A stretch of DNA of 64,000 bases, from positions 64,001 through 128,000 of the forward strand of contig CAVZLN010000008.1 of assembly GCA_963776245.1 (NCBI GenBank). Direction: 5' to 3'. This document shows positions 1 to 11,677 of this stretch, piece after piece. Source of the stretch: Candidatus Eiseniibacteriota bacterium. GTDB lineage: Bacteria > Eisenbacteria > RBG-16-71-46. Position 1 is the first letter of the stretch. Every line of letters starts with the position of its first letter. The position numbers were made by a program, and so were the translations under genes. The notes below the pieces were generated by a model. The model was not told the DNA's origin and did no database searches. It saw only the letters and a list, made by a program, of their open reading frames with translations.

Positions 1-2546
1 CCGATGGAACCATGGGCGTGCCGGCCCCAGGGAGAACTCGGGGCCCGCCTGGACATCCGCCTCGAGGATCCGCTGCGGATCCTTCTGGTTCGCGAAGCGG
101 AGCCGCTTTCCATCCGACGACCAGCCGGTGACGAACCCGCCGCCAGTCGTGACCTGGTACTTCATCCCGGTGGACTCACACGACTGCACGAAGACCTCCC
201 CCGTGCCCCCGGACTCGTCGCACACGTACGCCACCCAACGGCCATCCGGAGAGAGTACGGCGGCGCCATCGTTCGCGGGGGTACGGACCAGCGGCCGCGG
301 GGGAGCGTCGCCCTCCACGGGGACCAGCCACAGGTCCCACTTGGTGGCCGGATCGAGTCGCTCGATCAACAGGTACTTGCCGTCACGCGACCAGGCATCG
401 ATCCGCTTGTACGCCCGGTCGGAGCCCGCCAGCGTTCTCCGGCTCCCGTCCACGAGGGACCGGATGGCGATGACCTGGGTCATGTCGTCCAGGTAGGCCA
501 CCCGGCGGCCATCCGGTGACCAGACCGGCGTCGCGCCGCCCTCCGCCGGCTCCGAGATGCGGGTCAGGACCCCGCGCTCGAGGTCCGCGACCGCGACGTG
601 GGCCCGCAACGCGAGGTTGTCGCTTCCGACCACCATCACGGCGCGGCGTCCGTCCGGCGAGAGCCAGAAGCCGAAGTACAGCCCCGGTGGAACGGGCGCG
701 CCGGCGATCTCGCGACCTTCCAGATCCAGCCATGCGAAACGCGAACGGACGAGCCCCTGGGTCAGGTACGCCAGGGTGCCGGTGTTCGAGGCCGAGACCA
801 GCGGGGCCCCGCTGAACGTGGAGATCTGCGGTGTGTCTCCGAGCGGGATCGGCGCGCCGCGGAACCGACGCGACCGCGCGTCGAAGCGCTGCGCCTGCAA
901 CACCCCGTTGCGCGTGGTCAAGAGCCAGCCGGGAGCGCAGTAGATCGCGCCGGTCTCGACCCGCATGAGCGGCTGGGGCGGACCCCCATCGAGCGAACCC
1001 ACGAGGAGGCCGCCCTTGCCGTCGCTGCCTGCGGGAACAGCGCTGAACAGGAAGTGCCGGCCGTCGGGCAGGAACCACGGGAAGCGGTGCCCGGTCTCGC
1101 CGCGGGTCGAGTCGGGACGGGTCACCTGGACCGGCTCGCCCCCGCCGGCCGGGACCCGGTAGATGCCGCCGTTGGAGAACGGGGCGAGCAGGATGATGCC
1201 CTGCCTGTTCCAGCTGCCGCCGCGGGCCGTCTTCACGTCGCAGATCTTCTCGGGATCGCCCCCCGCGACCGCGATCCGGGAAAGCTGGAGGTCGCCCGCG
1301 AAGAACGCCAGGTCACGGCTGTCGGGAGACCAGAACATGAGAGTGGCGTTCTCGGTCCCCGGCAGCACGCGGGGCACCAGGGCATCCAGGCGGCGCACCC
1401 AGATGCGCGCGGTGCCCGAGGAGTCCGCCACGATCATCGCGATCATCCGGCCATCGGGCGAGAGCTGTGCGCCGGCACCGTCCCCGATCAGGAACTGGTT
1501 CCGTGGGCCCGAGGCCTCGAAACGGGCGACACCCGGAGCGAGCGGTCTCGTCAGGGCCCAGGCAGCGAGCCACGTGGCTAGGGCAGCGGCCAGGGCCGTG
1601 ACGGCCGGGAGCACCCAGTGCGGCAGCCCCCGCGCGGGGCCCGGCCGGGCAGCGGCCCGGGTGCCGCTGGAGGAGGCGCGGGTGGCGATCAGATCCTCCA
1701 GCTCGATGCGAACGTCGCCGATGTCGCGCTGGCGACGCTTCACGTCCTTCTCCAGGCAGCGACCCATCAGCGCGCTCAACTTCTCCGGCGTCTTCTCCGG
1801 CAGCGCGTTCCACTCGGGCTCGGTCTTGAGGATGGACGCGATCGTGTCGGACACCGTCTCGCCGTCGAACGCCTGTCGCGCGGTGAGGCACTCGTACAGC
1901 ACGCAGCCGAACGACCAGATGTCCGAGCCGGCTGTCCACCGCCCGGCCGCGCGCCTGCTCCGGGCTCATGTACGCCGCGGTGCCGAGGATCACGCCCGCG
2001 GTCGTCGCCGCGTGCGTCACCGTGGGCGAGGCGGAGAGACTCGGGTCCGATCCCGAGAGGTCCGCGGACCCGGCCTTGGCCAGACCGAAGTCCAGCACCT
2101 TCACCGCGCCGTCGGGCTTGAGCATCACGTTCCCGGGCTTCAGGTCGCGGTGCACGACGCCGCGCCTCGTGCGCCGCCTCGACGCCCGCCGCGACCTGCC
2201 GGCACACGTCCAGCGCTTCGTCCACCGGCAGCGCGCCGCGCGCGATACGCCGCGCCAGCGTCTCGCCCTCGACCAGCTCGAGCACCAGATAGCGATGACC
2301 CTCGACCTGTTCGAGACCGTGGATGCCCGCGACGTTCGGATGGTTGAGCGAGGCGAGCAGTCGCGCCTCGCGCTCGAAGCGCGCCAGCCGCTCGGGCTCC
2401 TGCGCGAACGCCGCGGGCAGCACCTTGATCGCCACCTCGCGTCCCAGCCGCGGGTCGCGCGCGCGGTACACCTCGCCCATGCCGCCGGCGCCGAGCGGCG
2501 CGACGATCTCGTAGGGCCCGAGCCGGGTGCCAGTGGGGAGTGGCAT
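1..2546 (-). CDS. Ser/Thr protein kinase with C-terminal TolB/PD40-like beta-propeller (runs off window start; indels near 1.93-2.17 kb)
   Basis: Kinase motifs [40 protein letters not shown] spread over shifted frames; downstream minus-frame repeats of the FWSPD/SPDG type. Confidence 0.9.
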
Positions 2547-2655
2547 CGGGGCAATCTACCTCAGGACCACCGGTCCGCGCACACGCGCCCGTTGCGGACC
2601 GCGGGAGTGCGTGCACCCGCGGCGCCCGGCACGGGCCCCGCGGGACGCAACGACA

Positions 2656-2695
2656 CGCGCGGCGTGGAACCGGTGGGACCGGTCCACGCCGCGCG
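2656..2695 (-). terminator. GC-rich hairpin, probable intrinsic terminator of the coiled-coil gene
   Basis: cgcgcggcgtgg/ccacgccgcgcg 12-bp arms plus inner accggt/accggt pairing, 20 nt past the stop codon at 2716. Confidence 0.6.
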
Positions 2696-2715
2696 ATGGA
2701 CTGCCGGCTCGGGCT

Positions 2716-5395
2716 TCAGGCCGCCTGGGCCAGGTCCTCGTTCTCGTCCGCGTCGTCCTCGTGCCGCACCCCGGCCACCGCGGCCTGCACGCGGGCGGCC
2801 ATCTCCCGCTCCTCCCGCAGGCCCTCGATCATGGCCTCGGCCTGCTCGAGGAGGAACCGCAGCGCGCCCGCCTTCTCGACCGCGTGATCGACGATGACCT
2901 TCTGCCCCTCGAGCACCTCGAGGCTGGATCGCACGTCCACGAGGAGCGCGTCCGCGCGGGCCAGGCGTTCCTCGGCCTTGGCCATCTGCCGCTTGCGCTC
3001 ATCGAGCGCGCTGGTCGTGTCCCGGACCTCCCGGAGCCGGCCCCGCACGTCGTCGAGCAGTCCGCGGCTCTCCTCGATCTCCCGCTGCGCCGAGGTGATC
3101 GCGCGGACATCCTTGGCGGTCTTCTCGGCCACCGCGAACATGCGGTCGAGGTCGGCCTGCATGGACTCCACCGTGCCCTGGCGAGCGGCGATCTGCTCGA
3201 GGGACCGGCTGATCTCGAGTTCCACGCGCTCCCACTTGGCGAGGCGCTCCTCGAACTGGGTGAGTCGCTTCTCCACGACCTGCAGCCCGCTGGCGCGGTC
3301 TTCGAGCTGGGTGGACAACGCATCCACCTGCACCAGCCGCTGGTCGGCCGACACGAGCGCCGCCGTGAGCCGCTTGGACAGCTCGTCGAGCTGCTGCGCC
3401 GACGTGGCCGCCTCCTGGCGCAACTCGGACGAGCGCTTCAGGTCCTTCGCCGCCTCGTCGAGCGCGTGGTGGCGCTGCTGGATCTCCTCGCGCAGCGCGC
3501 GGGTCCGCTCGGCCAGCGCCTCGACCGACTCGCAGCGGGCCTCGATCGCCGCGACCGTCTTCCCGATCGCGTCCGCCCCCCGACCGGCCTCGTCCACGCT
3601 CGACGTCACGCCCGCCACCGTCTTGCTGATCCGCTCGGCCTCCTCGGCCTGCGCCCCCAGCCCGACGAAGCGCTGCTCCGCGGCCTCCATGCGCGTCTGC
3701 AACTGGCGGCCGCGCACGTCGAGGTTCGTGCTGAGCGCGCCGAGATCGGCCAGCCGGCGATGCAGGTCCTCGACGAACTCCCGCCGCGACTCGATCACCG
3801 CCATGGACTCGCCGATGCGCTGGCTGTCCCGTTGCGCCGCCTCGAGCGTGGGCGCCATCGCGCGCAGCTCGCCGAACTGGCGCTCGAGCCCGCGGGCGGA
3901 CTGCTCGACCCCGGCCAGCCAGGCCCGGGTCTCCGACTGGCTCTCCTGCGCCCGCGTGATCTCGGCGTGCGCGATGCGGGCCTGTTCGATCGCGTCCTTC
4001 ACCAGCGCGTTGGCCCCGTTCAGCTGCTCGATGTCCCGCAGGGCGTCCTCGACCGCCGGCCGTGCCTGCTCGATCCGCTCCACCCGATCGCCGGCTTCGC
4101 GGGCGGTCCGGGCGGTCTCGTCGAGATCGCGGCGGATGGCCTGCACCTTGGCCATGTCCTCGTCGATCTGCCCGGCCTGGCCCGAGAGCGTCTGGAGCTG
4201 GGCCGTCAGCGCCTCGGTCTGGGTCTTGAGCCCGGCCACGGTCACGCTCGACTCGCTCACGCCCTTGAACCGGTTCTCGAAGTCCGCGAGCGCCCCGCGC
4301 AGGTCCGCCACGCGCTGGCTGACCGACTCCAGGCTCTTGGCCTCGAAGTCGAATCGCTCCACGGTGTTCTTCATCTCGTCGCGCACCACGGCCAGATCCT
4401 GGCGGGTGGACTGGGCCCGTTCACCGGCCTCGCGCTGCAACTGGCCGATCTCGCGCGAGCGCTCGAGCACCGACTCGTGGAGCGCCTGGAGCGCCGCGAC
4501 CTGATCCTGCACCGCGCCAAGGGTCTTCTCGTTCTCCTGCTGCTGCCGCACGCCGGCATCGATCTGCCGGACCGCGCGCTCGAGGTTGTCCGCCCGCGCG
4601 AGCGCGTTCTCGACCACCTCGCGCTGGGCCTCGAGCGCCGCGCTCTTCTGGGTGATGAAGTCCCCCAGGGTCTTCAGCGTCCCGAGCTCCCGCCGCACGT
4701 CGTCCACCGTGTGCTGGACCCCGTCCATGCCGCGCAGCGACTGCTCGACGCTGGCGACCCGCCGCTCCTTGTCCTGCAGGTCGCGGCTGAGCTCCTCGCG
4801 GCGCCGGTCGAGCGCCTCCACTTTCGAGGTGGCGAGCTTGTGCGCGTCCGAGCAGACGCTCCTGCTGCTCGCGCATCCGCACCAGCTGCTCGCCGGTGCC
4901 TTCGACATGGGCACGGATCCCGTCGGCTTCGCCCTGCAGCTGATGGAACGGCTTCTCGACCTCGAGGAAGGTCTCGAGCCGGTCCTTGAGGCCGAGCGCC
5001 AGCTCGATCTTGCGGCCGATCTCCTCGAACGCGGCGCGGGTCTTCTGGGCGTCCTCGAGCACGGCGGCGATCTGCGTCTCGGCCCGGCGCTGGCCCTGCG
5101 TCAGCTCCTCCGCACGCCCGTCGAGCGTCTGGTAGTGCGACGCGAGCTGCACCATGGCGGCGAAGCGCTGCTCCAGCTCCGCGATGCGGGCGCCCACCGC
5201 GTCCACGTCGCTTCCCGCCTTCGCGATCGGCTCGCCGAGCCCCTGCAGCCGCTCGGCCGCGGCGCGGGAGTTCTCGACCAGCCGCTCGTAACGCCCGCGT
5301 TCCTGCTGCATCTCGCGCAGGACGGCGCGCATCTCCTCGGCGAGTTCCCGGTTCTCGGAGCCATTCCCGAGCAGACGATCGAGCAGAGGGGTCAT
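2716..5395 (-). CDS. Large coiled-coil protein (~890 aa, one indel near 4850)
   Basis: ATG at 5395 with AAGGAG RBS. The MTPLLDRLLG... frame joins the DAHKLATSK... frame. E/A/R/L/Q-rich helical heptads throughout; no Walker motif or TM segment. Confidence 0.8.
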
Positions 5396-5612
5396 CGTAA
5401 GCTCCTTCGGAGCGCGATCCGGCGGTCTCGTGGGGACCGGCGGTTCATCGACGTGACGGCGTGACCGCTCCTGGTTCTCCACGCACGATGGACGGAGCGG
5501 ACCTGGGAAGACGACCACCTCATTGCAAGAGGCGGACCCCGTCCCCGGAGTTACTGCGGCGTCGTGGTCGGCGGCAGTCCGGCGCACCGAGCCCGAAGCA
5601 CGCGACCCCGGT

Positions 5613-5628
5613 TGCAAGATGCAAGCCG
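5613..5628 (-). promoter_or_regulatory. Putative sigma54 (-24/-12) promoter for the coiled-coil gene
   Basis: Minus strand cGGcttgcatcTTGCa: GG and GC exactly 12 nt apart with a perfect TTGC. Confidence 0.5.
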
Positions 5629-5946
5629 CCGGGCGAGGCGCGCGGAGCGGGCCCGGCGGGCCCTGGAAGTCCATGAGGACCCACCCCGCTCCGGAACGGG
5701 CCGGGAGCGCGTCCGACCGCTGGGGATCGCATGGGAATGCCCGACCCGCGGGCTCCCCCCGGCCTGCGCGAGGGGTCTCCCGGTGGACACAAATCCACCA
5801 TGCGGAGGTGCGGAATCAGCCGGCCGGGAGGGGTCGGAGCGGACCGCGGCCCCGACAGCGTGCAGCCCGCGATCCCCGGGGCCACGGGATCGCGGGCTGA
5901 CGTCGGCCGATCGCGGTCGTCCCGACCGCGGCGGATTGCGGAACGA

Positions 5947-8900
5947 CTACCTCAAGTGGAGCATCTTGCGTTGCCGGACCTCGCCGCCGACCTCGAGGCG
6001 GTAGAAGTACACGCCGCTCGGGGCGCCCTTCACGTCGAGCTCGACCCGGTAGCTTCCCGCGAGCTGCCGCCGATCCAGCAGCGTCCGCACCTCGCGGCCC
6101 TGCACGTCGTAGAGCCGGAGCACCACCCGCTGGGCGACCGGGATGGCGTACGCGATGGTGGTGACGCCGTGGAACGGGTTCGGCTGGTTCTGCGCCAGCG
6201 ACAGCGCCCGCGGGACGCTCGCGTCGAACTGCTCGACGCCCACCTGCACGGAGTCGATCCCGCCGAACTGGTAGTACCGCGCCGCGAACTCCTGGAGATA
6301 CTGGTTGGTCACGTCGAAATCATGGACGATGAGCGTGTTCTCGTTGTTCGAGTTCTCCGCGGCGCTCGACCAGTTGTGCGATCCGGTCAGGGTCGCGGCG
6401 CCCCACGCCGGGTTCTCCGCGTCGACGATGCAGTACTTGTGGTGGAGCAGCCCCGAGACCCCGGTCTTGAGGCGCACGTCCACCGAGTTCCCGATCAGAT
6501 AGGCATACTGCGATCCGGAATCCGAGTCGGAGTCGAGGTCGCCGCGCACGTTGACGCCGGCCAGGTGCTTCGCCACCAGCGCGCTCGAGATGTCGGAGCG
6601 CGTCATGGTCAGCAGCTGGAAGCCGATCGAATGCTGCGCGCCATTGAGGGTCGAGATGATGTGCGACGTCACGCCGTCGGACGGGCTGAAGTAACACTCG
6701 ACGCGGTTCCCTCCGATCGCGAACTCGTGGGGCGTGTCGTCGAGCTTGCGGGCGCCGAACCGCGAGACCGAGGCGTTCGGCGTGTCGGTGCCACTCCCCC
6801 ACATCTCGTCGAACTCGAGCCGGTAGACGTTCGCGAGCGACTGGTCCTGGATCTCGATCGAGTTCTGGAGGTCGTTGTTGGTGCCCGGATCGGTCGGGTT
6901 CCACGAACCGGTCCACACCCAGGTGCTCTCGGGAGCGCCGCCGCGCGCGTCGATGACCACGAACTTGTCGTGCATCAGCCCGAGCCCGTAGTTGATGGGA
7001 TCGAAGCGGTCGGTGATCAGCGGGATGCCGCTGCCCGTGAGGGTGCCGAACGGGGCGTTCGTCTTGTTGTCGTCCTCGCAGATGACGCGCACCTTCACGC
7101 CGCGGTTCTTGGCGTTGACGAGCGCGGTGGCGAGCGTGGCGCCCGGGGTCCCGCTCAGGTTGTAGACCGCGACGTCGATCGAGCGCTTCGCGTTGTCGAG
7201 CCGCGTGACCAGCCGCGCCGGCAGGTCCTGGTTGCCGTTGGCGGGGTGGAGCCAGGCGAGGCCCGTGTCCACGCTCTTGTTGAAGTACACGTTCATCTGC
7301 CCGGTGGACGCCGGGGGCGAAGCGGTGCTGAACAGGCGCGTGGGCGCGAAGTTGGTCCCGTTCACGTCACCCGATCCCACGCTGTACGAATACACCGTGG
7401 CCGCCGTGAGCCCCGGCACCGTCACGGTGTGCGCCGTCACCGGCGTGGGGTCGACGATCTCGGTCCCGAGCGCCGAGGTGAGCCCGTAGTGGACGATGCT
7501 CGAGGACGCGACGTCGGTGGTCCAGTTCAGCCGGACCGAGGTCGGCTGGAGCTGGTCCTCGTAGGGGGTCGAGAGGATGATCGGACCCGGGTGGGCGATG
7601 ATGTCGTCGGGGGTCCGCGGGGTGATCTCGTAGTCCGCGGTGTAGGGCGGACCGGGCGCCGGCGTGCCGGGCTTGTACTGCTTGAGGATCCCGATCACGT
7701 CGAACACGCTGGGCACCGGCGGATAGGTGACCGGGATGAAGATGGTCGTGGTGCCGGACGGGTCCGTGATGGTCGAGAGCGTGGGGTTGTACGTCGCTCC
7801 GTTGATGCGGATGAGCCGCCCCTCGTTGGGCTCCGTGTAGTCGGGCCGGAACGTGGCGTTCACGTCGGCGCACGTGACCACCAGCGGATCCGGGACCGGC
7901 CGCCCGGTCGCGTGGCGCGTGAGCAGCGCGAACTCGGCCTGGATCTCGGTGATGCCGCGGAACTGCAGGACCGAGCCGGTGACGGTGAGGCTGTCGCCGG
8001 CCGCGATCGTGAACGGCGGCAGGCTGAAGTTGAAGATATCGATGCCCGCGGTGCCGTCCTGCAGGTAGAAGTCGGTCCGGACGTCGCTCATGTTGGCGGT
8101 GACGATCCCGGTCACGGTGACCTCGGCGCCGGCACCGTAGGGCGAGGCGGCCACCCCCGAGGCGTCGTTCACGTGCACCACGACGATCGGGACCAGGTCG
8201 AGCACGCGGACGCGCGGATTGGACACGATCGGGGTGAGCGTTCCCGCCGCGACCGCGCTCCGCACCGCGAAGGTGGAGTTGCCCTTGGTCGCGGGGGAGG
8301 TGAGGTTCGCGATGCTCACGCTGCCGCTGTCCGTCGGGCTCAGCGCCGCCGCGGTGATGAACAGCGTGTCGCCGACCACCGAGGGCGTCGCGCTCAGGAA
8401 CGCCGACCCCGACAGCGCGACGGACGACACGTCGTGCGACCACGTCCACTCGGGCGGCACGACGATCGAGAGACTCGTGAGGGTGTAGCTCGAGTCCTGC
8501 GCGAACGCGAGCGTCAGCAGGTCGACCGGGCGGTCGGTGTACACGATGGCCGGATCGACGCGCGCCCTTCCGGTGCCGTTCCCACCCGAGGCGAACGGCG
8601 GCTCGGGCCCGTTCGAGCTGTTCTGGGGGTTGCGCCCGAAGGTCTGGGTGACGAAGTCATTGCCGTTGACGTCGGTGTCCTGCCCGTTGCCGAGGAAGGC
8701 ATCCGCCCCGCTCGCGAGCGAGGCGGCGGTCGACAGTGCGTTCGCCTTGCGCTCGACGCTGTTCCCGTTCGCGCTGGTGCCGTGATTGGGAGCGGCGACG
8801 CCGCCCTCGGGATCGATCGCCGTCCCCCAGCCCACCTTGTCGACCTCGACCGCGGCCGCGTCGAGGACCCGCTCGTGACCGTTGTCGGCCATGCCGGTGC

Positions 8901-9255
8901 CCGAGGTCCACGATGACGAGGAGAAGTCCGGGGCCACCGAGCCCACGTACGAGGTGTTGGCGATCAGGAAGAACCCGCGCGCCGGGATGGTGGAATTGGC
9001 CGGCAGCACCGCGCGATCGCTCCACGTCGTCCCGCTCGTGGACTTGTACTGCAGCTTCCAACCGGCGATGTCGATCGCGTTGTCGGTCGGATTGTAGAGC
9101 TCCACGAACTCGTCCGTGGCCGACGCCGGCCCGCGCGTCGCGAACTCGCTGATGACCACGTGCGTGACGGCCCGGGCCCGGGGCACCGCGAGGGTGGTGA
9201 GCGCGAGGAGCGAGAGGGCGGCGAGAACACAGGATGAGCGGAGCAAGAAGCGCAT
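5947..9255 (-). CDS. Secreted multidomain PLD-family nuclease/phospholipase (lamin-tail domain, OB-fold-like, Fn3-like, two HKD motifs, T9SS/FlgD-type C-terminal domain)
   Basis: Signal peptide; VVISEF...DEFVELYNPT (LTD); HKD motifs MHDKFVVID and LHHKYCIVD; C-terminus QNQPNPF...LYDVQGREV...SGVYFYRL. Confidence 0.85.
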   Translation of the reverse strand: MRFLLRSSCVLAALSLLALTTLAVPRARAVTHVVISEFATRGPASATDEFVELYNPTDNAIDIAGWKLQYKSTSGTTWSDRAVLPANSTIPARGFFLIANTSYVGSVAPDFSSSSWTSGTGMADNGHERVLDAAAVEVDKVGWGTAIDPEGGVAAPNHGTSANGNSVERKANALSTAASLASGADAFLGNGQDTDVNGNDFVTQTFGRNPQNSSNGPEPPFASGGNGTGRARVDPAIVYTDRPVDLLTLAFAQDSSYTLTSLSIVVPPEWTWSHDVSSVALSGSAFLSATPSVVGDTLFITAAALSPTDSGSVSIANLTSPATKGNSTFAVRSAVAAGTLTPIVSNPRVRVLDLVPIVVVHVNDASGVAASPYGAGAEVTVTGIVTANMSDVRTDFYLQDGTAGIDIFNFSLPPFTIAAGDSLTVTGSVLQFRGITEIQAEFALLTRHATGRPVPDPLVVTCADVNATFRPDYTEPNEGRLIRINGATYNPTLSTITDPSGTTTIFIPVTYPPVPSVFDVIGILKQYKPGTPAPGPPYTADYEITPRTPDDIIAHPGPIILSTPYEDQLQPTSVRLNWTTDVASSSIVHYGLTSALGTEIVDPTPVTAHTVTVPGLTAATVYSYSVGSGDVNGTNFAPTRLFSTASPPASTGQMNVYFNKSVDTGLAWLHPANGNQDLPARLVTRLDNAKRSIDVAVYNLSGTPGATLATALVNAKNRGVKVRVICEDDNKTNAPFGTLTGSGIPLITDRFDPINYGLGLMHDKFVVIDARGGAPESTWVWTGSWNPTDPGTNNDLQNSIEIQDQSLANVYRLEFDEMWGSGTDTPNASVSRFGARKLDDTPHEFAIGGNRVECYFSPSDGVTSHIISTLNGAQHSIGFQLLTMTRSDISSALVAKHLAGVNVRGDLDSDSDSGSQYAYLIGNSVDVRLKTGVSGLLHHKYCIVDAENPAWGAATLTGSHNWSSAAENSNNENTLIVHDFDVTNQYLQEFAARYYQFGGIDSVQVGVEQFDASVPRALSLAQNQPNPFHGVTTIAYAIPVAQRVVLRLYDVQGREVRTLLDRRQLAGSYRVELDVKGAPSGVYFYRLEVGGEVRQRKMLHLR

Positions 9256-9390
9256 GGAGAGCCCCCCGGGAGGATGGGACGCGACGACCGGCGATGTGCA
9301 CGAAGTCTATCACGCGGGCGGGGGCCGGCCGAGGCCGGGGAGCCGCGGGCCCGGGCGACAGACCGCGGCCCGTGCGGTAGAGTGCCGCGC

Positions 9391-9867
9391 ATGTTCGAGC
9401 GATTCCGGCGCTTCCTCGGTCCCGCGCCCGCCGCGGACGCGGCGCGCGACGACGCGCCCGCGCCCCCGGCGGGCGCCGACCCGCTGCGCCTCGCCACCTG
9501 CGCGCTGCTGATCGAGCTGGCGCGCGCCGACGGCGAGTTCTCGGAGGTCGAGCGCGCGCACATCGCCGACATCCTGGTGAGCGATTTCGGTCTCACGCCG
9601 CGGAGCGCCCGGGAGCTGATGACCGCGGCCGACCAGTCGCTGCGCGAGGCGGTCGACCTGCATCAGTTCACCACGGTCATCAATGCGCGCTACGACGAGG
9701 ACGAGCGCCGCTCGCTCGCCGAGAAGCTGTGGCGCGTGGTGGACGCGGACGGCGTGCTCTCGCAGCACGAGACCTCGCTCATCCGCCTCATGGGCAGCCA
9801 CCTCGACCTGCCGCCGGGCGCGCTCAACGCGGCGCGGTCGCGGGCCACGGAACGCCGCACGGGCTGA
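9391..9867 (+). CDS. TerB-family (tellurite-resistance-like) protein
   Basis: LATCALLIELARADGEFSEVE...DLHQFT...LWRVVDADG. Confidence 0.8.
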   Translation: MFERFRRFLGPAPAADAARDDAPAPPAGADPLRLATCALLIELARADGEFSEVERAHIADILVSDFGLTPRSARELMTAADQSLREAVDLHQFTTVINARYDEDERRSLAEKLWRVVDADGVLSQHETSLIRLMGSHLDLPPGALNAARSRATERRTG

Positions 9868-9984
9868 CGGGCGAACGGTGATCCCGGGCCGCGGCGGCGG
9901 CCGACCCCGGCGCGGCTGTGCTAGATTCCGCCCCCGTCGTCCGCACGCGCCGCGCCGTCCCCTCCACCCCACGGAGAACCCGCG

Positions 9985-11351
9985 ATGTCCTGCTCGCTCC
10001 CCGCCTCCGTCCTCGCGCCGATCTCCCGCCACCTGCAGGACGTCCTGCGGGCGGACCAGGGCGCGCATCCCGGCGACGCGGGCGCGCGCCAGGCGGTGCA
10101 CACCGTGTACGGCGGCGCCCACCTGTTCCGCGCCGACATCGCGCCCAAGCTCGGGCAGCGCGCCCTGGACGCCCTCGCGGAATACGCCCCCGACGCCGCG
10201 AGCCTGGCGGGCGTGCTCGGGATCTCGCCCGCGCTGGCGCCCACCGTGTACGCGCAGGTGCTCGATAAGCTCGGGCGCGAGCCGGTCGAGGACTTCCGCA
10301 TCGACTTCGAGGACGGCTACGGCAACCGTCCCGACGCCGAGGAGGACGGCCACGCGGAGCAGGCGGCGCGCGAGGTGATCGCCGGTCTCGCGCGGGCGGT
10401 GCTCCGCCCCGTTCCTCGGCATCCGCATCAAGCCGTTCAGCGCGGAACTGTTCCCGCGCGCGGCGCGCACGCTCGATCTGTTCCTCACCACCCTGGTGCG
10501 CGCGCACGGCGGGCTGCCCTCCGGGCTTCGTGGTCACGCTGCCCAAGGTCACGCTGCCGGAGCAGGTCACCGCCCTCGCGGACGTGCTCGACACGCTCGA
10601 GCCGGCGCTCGGGCTCGCGGCGGGCACGCTGCGCGTGGAGCTCATGATCGAGACGCCGACAGTGCGGTGCTCGCGGCCGATGGCGGCGCGCGTGGCGCGC
10701 CGGCTGGTGGCGGCGGCGCGCGGGCGCTGCGGGTCGCTGCACTTCGGCACCTACGACTACACGGCGAGCCTCGGGATCACCGCGGCGTACCAGCACCTGA
10801 CGCACCCGGCATGCGATTTCGCCAAGCACGTGCTCCAGGTGTCGCTGGCGGGCACCGGCGTGGCGCTCTCCGACGGCGCCACCAACGTCCTCCCGGTGGC
10901 GCCTCACCGGGCCGCGCCGGGCGCCGCGCTCACGCCGGCGCAGTCCGAGGAGAACCGGCGCGCGGTGCACGCGGCGTGGAAGCTCCACTACGACCACGTG
11001 CGCCACTCACTCGCGAACGCCTACTACCAGGGCTGGGACCTGCATCCGGCGCAGCTGCCCACGCGCTACGCGGCGGTGTTCGCGTTCTTCCTCGAGGGGC
11101 TCGACGCGGCCGCGGCCCGGCTGGCCAACTTCGTCGACCAGGCGGCCCAGGCCACCCTGGTGGGCGACGTGTTCGACGACGCGGCCACCGGGCAGGGGCT
11201 GCTCAACTACTTCATCCGCGCCGTCAACTGCGGGGCGATCCCCGCCGGGGACGCGGCCCGCCGCACCGGGCTCACCCTCGACGAGCTGCGCGGCAGGTCC
11301 TTCCTGAACGTGCTCGAGCGCCGCCGCGGCGGGACTCAGCTGCCGCGGTAG
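9985..11351 (+). CDS. HpcH/HpaI aldolase / citrate lyase-like protein (DUF6986-type; indels ~10.40-10.53 kb)
   Basis: RQAVHTVYGGAHLF, EDFRIDFEDGYG, LPKV, ELMIETP, HFGTYDY, LSDGATN, QGWDLHPAQL. Confidence 0.75.
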
Positions 11352-11677
11352 GTCGAGTAGCCGTAGGGTGCGACGAGCAGCGGCACGTGCAGGCGCTCGC
11401 CCGCGCGGCGCACGCGGAACGTCACGCTCGCCTCGGGATGGAAGCACTCCCCGCCGCGCTCCGCGAAGTAGGGCTCGAGCGCGAACACCAGCCGGTACAC
11501 GCCGGGCTCGGCGGGCTGGCCGGCGGGGAGCAGGGTGCGCAGCCGGCCGTCGTCGTCCGTGCGACCTTCTCCCAGCGGACGCCACGCGGCGCCTTCCTGC
11601 CGCTCCAGCCGCACCCCGACACCCGCCGCGGGATGGCCCGCGGCGAGGTCCAGCACGTGGGTGGTGATCGCGCTCAT
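11336..11677 (-). CDS. uraH: 5-hydroxyisourate hydrolase
   Basis: ITTHVLD...TDDDGR...HVPLL..YGYSTYRGS transthyretin-like signature. Confidence 0.95.
   Translation of the reverse strand: MSAITTHVLDLAAGHPAAGVGVRLERQEGAAWRPLGEGRTDDDGRLRTLLPAGQPAEPGVYRLVFALEPYFAERGGECFHPEASVTFRVRRAGERLHVPLLVAPYGYSTYRGS

Noticed and set aside
5731..8916. Long antisense ORFs (also 2527-4989, 20600-23659, 34759-36783 and others)
   Set aside because: Shadows of real genes caused by GC3 bias, with no recognisable motifs.
9391..9867. TerB or the SNF2 helicase as part of an anti-phage system
   Set aside because: Both are stand-alone, with no adjacent defence partners visible.
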